Below, piece by piece: positions 36,818 to 45,608 of a DNA stretch of 64,000 nucleotides. The stretch is from assembly GCA_963724505.1 (NCBI GenBank), contig CAVRUY010000003.1, forward strand, positions 36,725 through 100,724, given 5' to 3'. The position numbers were made by a program, and so were the translations under genes. The notes under the pieces were generated by a model. It had not been told where the DNA came from. It did no database searches and saw only the letters and a list, made by a program, of their open reading frames with translations. The stretch comes from an uncultured Actinomycetota bacterium (GTDB taxonomy: Bacteria > Actinomycetota > Actinomycetes > Actinomycetales > Cellulomonadaceae). Within the stretch, counting starts at the first letter, position 1. Each line of letters begins with the position of its first letter.

Positions 36818-36872
36818 GCGGTCAAGGCGCGGTCAAGGGGACGACGTGCGACCCGCCTGCACGTATGTGCAG
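36818..36872. promoter_or_regulatory. Candidate operator/promoter elements upstream of dhaKLM
   Basis: GCGGTCAAGG direct repeat at 36818 and 36829 (TTGACC on minus strand); near-perfect palindrome CTGCACGTATGTGCAG 36857-36872. Confidence 0.4.
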
Positions 36873-36901
36873 ACGGGTCGCCAGGGGCGCGTCGGGAGTC
36901 G

Positions 36902-38249
36902 TCAGGGGCGCCCGAAGAGCGTCCTGGCCTCGGCTGCCATCGTCACCGAGCCGGTCACGAGCACGCCGGCACCGGTGGGAGAGCCCTCGGCGCTGCCCTC
37001 CGAGAGCTCGACGGCGAGCGCGATCGCCTCGTCGATCCGTTCGGCCGCCCGGACCCGGTCCTCGCCGAAGACCTCCCGCGCGATCTCGGCGAGGTCGTCG
37101 ACGTCCATCGCACGCTCCGAGCCGGACCGGGTGACCACGACCTCGTCGAGCAGCGGCTCCAGACCGGAGAGGATGGCCTCGGCGTCCTTGTCCTGCAGGA
37201 TGCCGACCACGCCGACGAGCCGCTCGAAGGAGAACGCCTCCTGGACCCCGGCGACCAGCGCCTCGACGCCGTGCGGGTTGTGCGCCGCGTCGACGAGCAC
37301 GGTCGGTGAGGTGCGCACCACCTCGAGCCGGCCCGGGGAGTGCATGTCGGCGAACGCCGCCTCGACGACCTCCCCCGCCAGGGCCCCCCGCTCCTTGAGC
37401 ATCGCCTCGACGCTCGTCAGGGCGAGCAGGGCGTTGTGCGCCTGGTGCGCGCCGTGCAAGGGGAGGAAGACCTCGGTGTACAGCCCGCCGGGCGTCCGCA
37501 GGTCCAGCAGCTGGCCGCCGACGGCGACCGTCCGCCCGACCACCTCCAGGTCGACGTCCTCACGCAGCACCCGGGCGCCGCGCGCGGCTGCCGCGGCCAG
37601 CACGACACCCTCCGCCTCGGGGCGCTGGGCTGCCAGGACGACGGTCGCGCCGTCCTTGATGATCCCGGCCTTCTCCCCCGCGATCTGGGTGAGCTCGTAG
37701 CCCGAGCCAGCGCTCGTGGTCCCGCGCGATCGGGGTGAGCACGGCCACCTCGCCGGTGACGACGTTGGTGGAGTCCCAGGTCCCGCCGAGCCCGACCTCG
37801 ACGACGGCGACGTCCACCGGCGCGTCGGCGAAGGCGGCGAACGCCATCACGGTGAGCACCTCGAAGAAGCTCAGCCGCGGGCCGCCGGCGTCGAGCGAGC
37901 GCTGGTCCACGAGGTGCACGTACGGCGCGACGTCCTGCCAGAGCTCGACGAAGCGCTCCGGGCTCACCGGCTCGCCGTCGACCGCGATCCGCTCGGTCAC
38001 GCTGGTCAGGTGCGGGCTGGTGAAGAGGCCGGTGCGCAGCCCGTGCTCGCGGAGCAGCCGCTCGACCATCCGGGTGGTCGAGGTCTTGCCGTTGGTCCCG
38101 GTCACGTGCACCACGCGGAAGGCCTGCTCGGGGTGACCGAGCAGGTCGCACACCTCACGGACCCGGCCGAGGGTCGGCTCGAAGTCGTGCTCCGGTGCCC
38201 GGTCGAGGATCCCGGCGTAGACCTCGCGGAGCGACTCCTCGCCGCTCAC
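36902..38249 (-). CDS. folC: Folylpolyglutamate synthase/dihydrofolate synthase, split by +1 frameshift at 37701-37703 (likely sequencing error)
   Basis: [29 protein letters not shown]...EKAGIIK across the shift, SPGRLE, VDAAHN, VTGS. Confidence 0.94.
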
Positions 38250-41200
38250 GGTCGGCCACCGCCCTCGACGGTGACGGCCGCCACGTGCACCAGCGCCACG
38301 CTGCCGGCCGGGACCTGCCCGGCGAGCACCTCGAGCTCGACGGCGAGCGTCTCCCGCGCCAGCATCTCCCGGTTCGCCTCCAGGGCGAGGACCTGGTCGG
38401 CCGGGACCGTCAGGTGCAGCCGGATCCGGTCGGCGACCTGGAGCCCGCTGGCCTTGCGCTCGTCCTGCACCGCGCGCACGACGTCCCGGGCGAAGCCCTC
38501 GGCCAGCAGAGCCTCGTCCAGGGCGACGTCGAGCAGCACGACACCGCCACCGGGGAGCACGGCGGCGACCTGGTCGTCGCCCCGTCCCTCGGCGACCACG
38601 GTCGTCAGCTCGTACTCGGCGGGCTCCAGGTGGACCTCGCCGGACGGCGTGCTCACCACGACGGCGTCGTCGACCTGACGCCAGTCGCCGGCCTTGGCGG
38701 CCCGGATGACCTCCTGGACGCCACGGCCGAGCCGGGGACCCGCGGCGCGGGCGTTGACCGCCAGCCGCGTCTGGACCCCGAGCTCGGCGGGGCCGACCTC
38801 GGCGAGGTCGACGAGGGTGACGTGCTGCACGTTGAGCTCACCGGCGATGAGCTCGGTGTACGGCTCGACGGCGGCCGGGTCGACCAGGGCGAGCCCGAGC
38901 TCGCGCAGCGGCTGCCGGACGCGCAGCGCCCGCGCCTTGCGCAGCCCGAGCGCGGCCGAGACGATCGCCCGCACCTCGTCGACGGCCCGGACCAGGTCGT
39001 CGTCCGCGACGAGGCCCGCCTGGACCTCCAGCCGGTCGGCGACCCGGGTGGCCGGCCAGTCCGCCAGGTGCACGCTGCGCCCGCCGGTCAGCCCGCGCCA
39101 GACCTCCTCGGTGGTCAGCGGCGCCAGCGGCGCCATCACCCGGGTGAGCACCTCCAGCGCCGTCCAGAGCGTGTCGAAGGCGTCGTGGTCCTCGGCCCAG
39201 AACCGGTCGCGCTGGGTGCGCACGTACCAGTTGGTCAGCACGTCGAGGTGTTCTCGGACCGACTCGCAGGCACCCGGCACGTCGTACTCGTCGAGCTGCG
39301 TGGTGACTCGCTCGACAAGGTCCCGGGTGCGGGCCAGCAGGTAGCGGTCCATCGGCGCCAGACCCGCGACGCGACCGGGATCGATCGGTCCGGCCGCGTA
39401 CCCCGCGCCGCCGTCGGCCGCGTTGGCGTACAGGGTGAAGAAGTACCAGGTGCTCCACAGCGGCAGGAGTACCTGGCGGACCTCGCCGCGGATGCCCTCC
39501 TCGGTGACCACGAGGTTGCCGCCGCGCATGATCGGGCTGGCCATGAGGAACCAGCGCATCGCATCCGAGCCGTCCCGCTCGAAGACCTCGTTGACGTCCG
39601 GGTAGTTGCGCAGCGACTTGCTCATCTTGCGCCCGTCCGAGCCCAGCACGATGCCGTGCGAGACCGAGGTGCGGAAGGCCGGGCGGTCGAACAGCGCCGT
39701 GGCCAGCACGTGCAGCGTGTAGAACCAGCCGCGGGTCTGCCCGATGTACTCGGTGATGAAGTCGCCGGGGTAGTGGTGCTCGAACCAGTCGGCGTTCTCG
39801 AACGGGTAGTGCACCTGGGCGTAGGGCATCGACCCGGAGTCGAACCACACGTCCAGGACATCCGGGATCCGGCGCATGGTCGACTGCCCGCTCGGGTCGT
39901 CGGGGTTGGGCCGGGTGAGGTCGTCGATGAACGGACGGTGCAGGTCCGGCTCGCCCGCGTCGTTGCGAGGCAGCCGCCCGAAGTCCGCCTCGAGCTCGGC
40001 GAGCGAGCCGTAGACGTCGATCCGCGGGTGGGTCGGGTCGTCGCTCACCCACACCGGGATCGGCGTGCCCCAGTACCGGTTGCGGGAGATCGACCAGTCG
40101 CGCGCGCCGGCCAGCCACTTGCCGAACTGCCCGTCCTTGATGTGCTCAGGCACCCAGGTGATGTCCCGGTTGAGCTCGACCATCCGGTCGCGGAACGCGG
40201 TCACCCGGACGAACCAGCTGGAGACGGCCTTGTAGATGAGCGGGTTCCGGCAGCGCCAGCAGTGCGGGTAGGCGTGCTCGTAGGTCTCGTGGCGCAGGAC
40301 GCGGGCGCGCCGCGACTCCTCGACGCGGGCCAGCGGGCCGGTGCCGGCCTTGAGGTCCGCGATGACCGCGGGGTTGGCCTCGAAGACCTGCTGGCCCGCG
40401 TAGTCCGCGACCTCGGCGGTGAAGCGCCCCTTGGAGTCCACCGGCACGACGGGGATGATCCCGGCGGCGTCGCAGACGACCATGTCGTCCTCGCCGAAGG
40501 CGGGGGCGAGGTGGACCAGGCCGGTGCCGTCCTCGGTGGTGACGAAGTCCCCGAGCAGCACCTGGTGCGCGTTCTCGTTGCCGGCGAAGAAGTCGAACGG
40601 CGGGGTGTAGCGCAGGCCCGCGAGCTCGCGCCCGGTGACCCGGGCGACCTCCTGCGGCTCCTCGCCGAGCTCGCGGGCGTAGGGCCCGACCCGGGAGGCG
40701 GCGAGCAGCACGCGCTCGCCGGCCACCGGGCTGCCCTCCCCCGGCACCAGCGTGACGTACTCGATGTCCGGGCCCACGGCCAGCGCGAGGTTGGACGGCA
40801 GCGTCCACGGCGTCGTCGTCCAGAGCAGGGCGAGCTCGCCGGTCTCCAGCCGGACGCCGACGGTCAGCGCCGGGTCCTGGCGCGAGGCGTAGACGTCGTC
40901 GTCCATCCGCAGCTCGTGGTTGGACAGCGGGGTCTCGTCGCGCCAGCAGTAGGGCAGCACCCGGTAGCCCTCGTAGGCCAGGCCCTTGTCGTGCAGCTGC
41001 TTGAAGGCCCAGATCACCGACTCCATGAAGGTGACGTCGAGGGTCTTGTAGTCGTTCTCGAAATCGACCCAGCGCGCCTGCCGGGTGACGTACTCCTGCC
41101 ACTCGTCGGTGTACCGCAGCACCGAGGTGCGGCAGGCCTCGTTGAACGCGGCGATGCCCATCTCGTCGATCTGGGACTTGTCGGTGATGCCGAGGATCCG

Positions 41201-41533
41201 CTCGGCCTCGAGCTCGGCGGGAAGGCCGTGCGTGTCCCAGCCGAAGCGGCGCTCCACCCGGTGCCCGCGCTGCGTCTGGTAGCGGCCGACGATGTCCTTG
41301 GCGTAGCCGGTCAGCAGGTGGCCGTAGTGCGGCAGGCCGTTGGCGAACGGGGGGCCGTCGTAGAAGACGAACTCGTTGGCACCGTCCTGGCCGGCGGGGC
41401 GCTGGTCGACGGACGCCTGGAACGTGCCGTCGGCCTGCCAGTGCGCCAGGACCTCGCGCTCGATCGCGGGCAGGTCGGGCGAGGCGGGGACGGGTGCGGA
41501 ACCGTCGGCGGGGCGGTGCAGCGGGTAGGCCAC
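38246..41533 (-). CDS. ileS: Isoleucine--tRNA ligase (actinobacterial type 2)
   Basis: [57 protein letters not shown]; RBS GAAGGAG. Confidence 0.98.
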   Translation of the reverse strand: MAYPLHRPADGSAPVPASPDLPAIEREVLAHWQADGTFQASVDQRPAGQDGANEFVFYDGPPFANGLPHYGHLLTGYAKDIVGRYQTQRGHRVERRFGWDTHGLPAELEAERILGITDKSQIDEMGIAAFNEACRTSVLRYTDEWQEYVTRQARWVDFENDYKTLDVTFMESVIWAFKQLHDKGLAYEGYRVLPYCWRDETPLSNHELRMDDDVYASRQDPALTVGVRLETGELALLWTTTPWTLPSNLALAVGPDIEYVTLVPGEGSPVAGERVLLAASRVGPYARELGEEPQEVARVTGRELAGLRYTPPFDFFAGNENAHQVLLGDFVTTEDGTGLVHLAPAFGEDDMVVCDAAGIIPVVPVDSKGRFTAEVADYAGQQVFEANPAVIADLKAGTGPLARVEESRRARVLRHETYEHAYPHCWRCRNPLIYKAVSSWFVRVTAFRDRMVELNRDITWVPEHIKDGQFGKWLAGARDWSISRNRYWGTPIPVWVSDDPTHPRIDVYGSLAELEADFGRLPRNDAGEPDLHRPFIDDLTRPNPDDPSGQSTMRRIPDVLDVWFDSGSMPYAQVHYPFENADWFEHHYPGDFITEYIGQTRGWFYTLHVLATALFDRPAFRTSVSHGIVLGSDGRKMSKSLRNYPDVNEVFERDGSDAMRWFLMASPIMRGGNLVVTEEGIRGEVRQVLLPLWSTWYFFTLYANAADGGAGYAAGPIDPGRVAGLAPMDRYLLARTRDLVERVTTQLDEYDVPGACESVREHLDVLTNWYVRTQRDRFWAEDHDAFDTLWTALEVLTRVMAPLAPLTTEEVWRGLTGGRSVHLADWPATRVADRLEVQAGLVADDDLVRAVDEVRAIVSAALGLRKARALRVRQPLRELGLALVDPAAVEPYTELIAGELNVQHVTLVDLAEVGPAELGVQTRLAVNARAAGPRLGRGVQEVIRAAKAGDWRQVDDAVVVSTPSGEVHLEPAEYELTTVVAEGRGDDQVAAVLPGGGVVLLDVALDEALLAEGFARDVVRAVQDERKASGLQVADRIRLHLTVPADQVLALEANREMLARETLAVELEVLAGQVPAGSVALVHVAAVTVEGGGRP

Positions 41534-41574
41534 GAGCGGTCTCCTTCGGCGTCCTGGTGGACGCGGCAGGTGGT

Positions 41575-41764
41575 CCACGAGGACGACGAGACCCGGACCG
41601 GCCGGGCACCACCGCGGTACCACCTCGCTTGCCGACGTCCACCGACGGTGGGCGACGACCTCTCGTGACGGCTGTGACGGGCCTGCCCGTCCGGTTCTAC
41701 TGGGGACCCGGGGTACGGGACCTGTTCTTCCGGAGGCTCACCGGTGATGGCCGGGTCGATGCCT
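41575..41764 (-). ncRNA. ileS T-box riboswitch (actinobacterial translational type, ultrashort stem I)
   Basis: Minus strand GGCATCGACCCGGCCATCACCGG (Ile specifier AUC, 41746-41748), GAAGAAC...AGTAGAACC, CGGGCAGGCCCGTCACAGCC, T-box AGGTGGTACCGCG (41613-41625); TAGCAT -10 at 41774-41779. Confidence 0.93.
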
Positions 41765-41836
41765 GTGGCGGTGATGCTACCGGTAGCCGCGACGGACCAG
41801 CGATCCGCACGCGCCGCGGCACGGCACCGGATGCGG

Positions 41837-43063
41837 CTACGGCGTGGCGGGCAGGAACGCCTCGACCCGCTCGGCGATCGCCCGGATGGTCAGCGGGTGG
41901 TCGTTCCACGCGCCCAGGTTGATCTCCTCGACGCCGGCGGGGACCTGAGCCTCGGCGACGAGCTCCGGCACGTCGTACTGGCTGTGGATCGACTCGGCGC
42001 TGATCCCGGTGGAGAAGAACATCAGGGTCGAGACCCCCTGGGCGGCCAGCCGCTCCGTCGTGTCCGGGACGCTCGGCTCCTTGAAGGACATCCACGCGAG
42101 GTCGAGGTTCGCCCGCGCGTAGCCGGCCTCGACGAGGGCGTCGATGATGTGGGTCCGCAGACCCAGCTCCTGCTCGGTCTCGGTCGGCCACTCCTGGTCC
42201 CACTCGTCGGGCTGACCGTGCCCCACCAGGAGGACGGCGACCTCGTCGCGGGGGACGTCGCCGCGGGCGGCCTCGACCTTGTCGACGAACATGGCGTGCA
42301 GGGTCGGCGAGTCCCACAGGGGGCCGGTGAACCGCACCGGAACGCCGAGGGACTCCGCCTCGACGGACCGGATCTGCTCCTCGCCCTCGGCGGTGTGGTT
42401 GGAGATGGAGACGAAGACCTCCGCCACGACGACCTCGCTCGCCCCCTCGTTGACCGCCTGGACGAGTGCGGCGTCGGGCCGCGGGTCGTCGTCGAGGAAG
42501 GACGGGTAGACCCGGACGTCGTTCCCGTCGGCGCGGAGCAGGTCCTCGACGGCCTGCGCCATCGCCAGGTGCCGCTGCCGGTGCTGGCTCGAGCCGACCG
42601 TCAGGTACGCGTCGCGCAGCTGCTGGAGGAAGGCCGGACGGGCGAGGAAGGGGACGAAGGCGATGCCCTGCTCGTCGAACTCGCGGAACTGGTTGAGCCA
42701 GCCGATCGGGTCGTAGGTCTCGGGCTCGCCGTGGGTGAAGTAGATGACGGCGGTGTGCCCATCCCCCGGGTCGTCCGCCGTCCGCGTCAGCGCGGGGACC
42801 TCCCGCGGGTCCTGCCTGCCCAGGACGACCGCCGCGTTCGACGCGTAGCCGCCGACCACGGCCACGAGCGCCAGCAGCCACGCACCGGCCCGCGCGCGGC
42901 CGCGGAACCGCCACACCGTCAGGCCGACCAGCAGGAAGAGCAGGACGAGGGTGAGCGCGAGCGCCACCGCCATGTCGATCGGGTCGGACGTCAGGTAGGT
43001 GACCGACGCCCAGCCCGCCGCGAACGCGAGAACGCCGACCATGACCCAGCGCGCGACCGTCAT
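41837..43063 (-). CDS. Membrane-anchored class II chelatase-like protein (ferrochelatase/CbiX/CbiK fold)
   Basis: Three N-terminal TM helices; VIYFTHGEP, VFVSISNH, VLLVGHGQP, WMSFKEPSV, SAESIHS, WNDHP; RBS GAGGAGGT. Confidence 0.8.
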   Translation of the reverse strand: MTVARWVMVGVLAFAAGWASVTYLTSDPIDMAVALALTLVLLFLLVGLTVWRFRGRARAGAWLLALVAVVGGYASNAAVVLGRQDPREVPALTRTADDPGDGHTAVIYFTHGEPETYDPIGWLNQFREFDEQGIAFVPFLARPAFLQQLRDAYLTVGSSQHRQRHLAMAQAVEDLLRADGNDVRVYPSFLDDDPRPDAALVQAVNEGASEVVVAEVFVSISNHTAEGEEQIRSVEAESLGVPVRFTGPLWDSPTLHAMFVDKVEAARGDVPRDEVAVLLVGHGQPDEWDQEWPTETEQELGLRTHIIDALVEAGYARANLDLAWMSFKEPSVPDTTERLAAQGVSTLMFFSTGISAESIHSQYDVPELVAEAQVPAGVEEINLGAWNDHPLTIRAIAERVEAFLPATP

Positions 43064-43153
43064 GCGAGCCACCTCCTCGGGGCGTACCCCCCAGCCTGGC
43101 CCGGCAGGACCTCGCCGAGAAGGGACCTCGGGCTCAGGCGGCGGCGGGCGGCC

Positions 43154-43179
43154 CCATCCGTCGGCCGCCCGGGTGCGAA
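43154..43179 (+). promoter_or_regulatory. SigK-type ECF promoter (autoregulatory)
   Basis: CCATCC-N15-GCGAA, close to the mycobacterial SigK consensus CCATCC-N15-CCGAA, 155 nt upstream of the sigma gene. Confidence 0.65.
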
Positions 43180-43334
43180 CACCTGGGTGGAGGCCGGGAC
43201 CGCCCGTGCCCCCGAAGGCGCCGTTCCGCCGACGTGCGGTGTCGCCGAGGTGCGGTGCGGCGGCGTGCGGCGATGATGGACCGGACGCCACGACCGGGCC
43301 GCCCTTGACCTGACCGACCGGACCCGAAGGAGCC

Positions 43335-43934
43335 ATGGACCTGCCGAGCGAGCCGACCCGGCCTCCGCACCGCGCGGACGCCCCGGCCGAGCGCGCCCCC
43401 GAGGACCTGCTCGCCGAGGTCGCGCGGGGCAGCGAGGACGCCTTCGAGCAGCTCTACCCGCGCATCGCCGGCCCGGTCCTCGGCCTCGCGCTGCGGGTCG
43501 TCCGTGACCGCGAGATGGCCCAGGACGTCGCCCAGGAGGTGCTCAGCGAGGTGTGGCGGCTGGCCGCCCGGTTCGACCCCGCTCGGGGCTCGGCGATGGG
43601 CTGGATCCTCACGATGGCGCACCGCCGGGCGGTCGACCGGGTCCGCCGGGAGGAGGTCCGGTCGGCGACCTTGAGCCGCGAGGCCGCGACCTGGGTGGCG
43701 GCCGACCACGACGTCGTCGTCAGCCAGCTCGAACGCCAGTGGGACGCCGCGATCGTGCGCCGCGCCCTGGGCACCCTGACCGCGGTGCAGCGCGAGGCGA
43801 TCGAGCTCGCGTTCTACCGCGGCTGCACGCACCAGCAGGTCTCCGCCGTCCTCGGCATCCCGCTGGGGACCGCCAAGACCCGGATCCGCGACGGCCTCAT
43901 CCGGCTGCGCGACGCCGTGGAGGTGGAGCAGTGA
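43335..43934 (+). CDS. sigK: ECF sigma factor, SigK-like
   Basis: AQDVAQEV..EVWRLAARFDPARGSAMGWILTMAHRRAVDRVR, QREAIELAFY, LGTAKTRIRDGLIRLR. Confidence 0.9.
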   Translation: MDLPSEPTRPPHRADAPAERAPEDLLAEVARGSEDAFEQLYPRIAGPVLGLALRVVRDREMAQDVAQEVLSEVWRLAARFDPARGSAMGWILTMAHRRAVDRVRREEVRSATLSREAATWVAADHDVVVSQLERQWDAAIVRRALGTLTAVQREAIELAFYRGCTHQQVSAVLGIPLGTAKTRIRDGLIRLRDAVEVEQ

Positions 43935-44707
43935 CCACCAACCCGCATGCCCTGACCGGCGCCTACGTGCTCGACGCCCTCGAGCCTGCCGAGCGCGGCG
44001 CCTTCGAGACCCACCTGGCCGCCTGCGAGGACTGCCGGGCCGAGGTCGCCTCGCTGGAGCGCGCGGTGGTCCGCCTCGTGCTGGCGGACGCCGTCGTGCC
44101 GCCGCCCGAGCTGCAGGCGGCGGTGCGGGCCCGGGTCGCGCGGACGCCGCAGGTCCCCCCGCTCCGGACGGCGCCGGACCTCCGGGGCGCGAGGCCGGAG
44201 CCCGCACCGGGCGACGACCGGGCGGCGGCCACGCCTCCCCCGGCCCGCCGGCGGCTGACCCGGCGCTGGCCGGCGGTCGCCGCCGTCGCCGCGACCCTCG
44301 TCCTCGGCGTCGCCGTCGGCACGACCGTGCTCGAGGACCGGCGCCACGTCCAGCAGGTCGAGGCTGCCCAGGCGGCGGTGATGCGCATCATGTCGGCACC
44401 CGACGCGGTGAGTCACGACGTCGACCTCGGTGCGGCCCACGTGGTGATGAGTGCCGAGATGAGCGCGGCGGCGCTGATGGGCAAGGACGTGCCGATGCCG
44501 GTCGGCGAGCACATGGTCTACCAGGTCTGGATGGTGCACGACGACGGGTCGTGCGAGCCGGGCCCGACGTTCATGCCCGAGCACGGCGAGGTCACCGCGA
44601 TCGTCGAGGGCGACCTCGGCGAGGCGCGCGAGCTCATGGTCACCGAGGAGCCCGAGGGCGGCTCGGCGGCCCCCACCGGGGCGCCCGTCGCGACGGTCGA
44701 GCTCTGA
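43931..44707 (+). CDS. rskA: Transmembrane anti-sigma factor, RskA-like
   Basis: HALTGAYVLDAL, zinc motif HLAACEDC, one TM helix, YQVW and VTEEPEGGSAAPT C-terminal motifs; GTGA overlap with sigma gene. Confidence 0.88.
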   Translation: MTTNPHALTGAYVLDALEPAERGAFETHLAACEDCRAEVASLERAVVRLVLADAVVPPPELQAAVRARVARTPQVPPLRTAPDLRGARPEPAPGDDRAAATPPPARRRLTRRWPAVAAVAATLVLGVAVGTTVLEDRRHVQQVEAAQAAVMRIMSAPDAVSHDVDLGAAHVVMSAEMSAAALMGKDVPMPVGEHMVYQVWMVHDDGSCEPGPTFMPEHGEVTAIVEGDLGEARELMVTEEPEGGSAAPTGAPVATVEL

Positions 44708-44717
44708 ACCGCGCCGC

Positions 44718-44748
44718 TTGCGCTTGACGCTACGTCAACCTCTACGGT
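44718..44748 (+). promoter_or_regulatory. MerR-type promoter with 19-bp spacer and dyad operator
   Basis: -35 TTGCGC (44718-44723), inverted repeat TTGACG-CTA-CGTCAA (44724-44738), -10 TACGGT (44743-44748), GTG start 6 nt later. Confidence 0.85.
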
Positions 44749-44754
44749 CGACGG

Positions 44755-45543
44755 GTGACGCGAACGGCGACCGAGGTCTCGATCCAGCAGGCGTCCCGGC
44801 TCGCCGGGACGACCAGCCGCGCCCTGCGGCACTACGACTCGATCGGCCTCCTGGCACCCAGCCGGGTCGATCGGGGCGGGATGCGCTGGTACGACACCTC
44901 CGCCCTGCTGCGCCTCCAGCGGATCCTGCTGCTGCGCGGGCTGGGGCTCGCGCTGCCGCGGATCGCCGAGGTCCTCGACAGCGGGACGAGCCCGGTCCAG
45001 GCCCTGGAGGAGCACCTGCGATGGCTCGACCGGGAGCGCGACCTGCTGGAGCGCCGGGCCGGGTCGGTCCGGCGGACACTGACGGCACTACAAGAAGGGA
45101 AGGACCTCATGGCCGAGGAGATGCTGGACGGGTTCGACCACACCGAGCACCGGGACGAGGTCGAGCGCCGCTGGGGGGCCGACGCCTACGCCCTGGGCGA
45201 CGCCTGGTGGCGCGGGCTGTCGGCCGCCGAGCGCGCCCGCTGGGCCGCGGACCAGAAGAGCCTTGCGGCGGACTGGGTGGCGGCAGCGGAGGCCGGTGCC
45301 GACCCGGCGGGGGATCTCGGCCAGGCCCTCGCGGCCCGGCACGTGGAGTGGCTCGGCGGCATCCCGGGCACCCCCGGCGCCGGCGGCGAGCCGGTCGTCG
45401 AGTACGTCGTCGGCCTCGGCGAGATGTACGTCGAGGACGAGCGGTTCGCCGCGAGCTACGGCGGTGGGGAGGGCGCGCGCTTCGTGCGGGACGCCCTGCG
45501 CGCCTGGGCCGCGGCCCGCGCGGAGCACCCCGGGCGCCGCTGA
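44755..45543 (+). CDS. MerR family regulator with TipAS-like ligand-binding domain
   Basis: TSRALRHYDSIGLLAPSR HTH, LQRILLLRGLG, EVERRWG, LGEMYVEDERFAASY, FVRDAL. Confidence 0.9.
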   Translation: MTRTATEVSIQQASRLAGTTSRALRHYDSIGLLAPSRVDRGGMRWYDTSALLRLQRILLLRGLGLALPRIAEVLDSGTSPVQALEEHLRWLDRERDLLERRAGSVRRTLTALQEGKDLMAEEMLDGFDHTEHRDEVERRWGADAYALGDAWWRGLSAAERARWAADQKSLAADWVAAAEAGADPAGDLGQALAARHVEWLGGIPGTPGAGGEPVVEYVVGLGEMYVEDERFAASYGGGEGARFVRDALRAWAAARAEHPGRR

Positions 45544-45608
45544 CCCCTCATCTTCCGCCGCCCCCGGCCGATGGTCCGCTCGACGGGGACGGCGGAAGGG
45601 GAACGGAA

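Noticed and set aside
38195-41668. Very long opposite-strand or alternative-frame ORFs (also 875-3532, 21852-24782, 30471-33488 and others)
   Set aside because: Shadow ORFs expected from stop-codon scarcity at this GC content; no recognisable motifs and each overlaps a clear gene.
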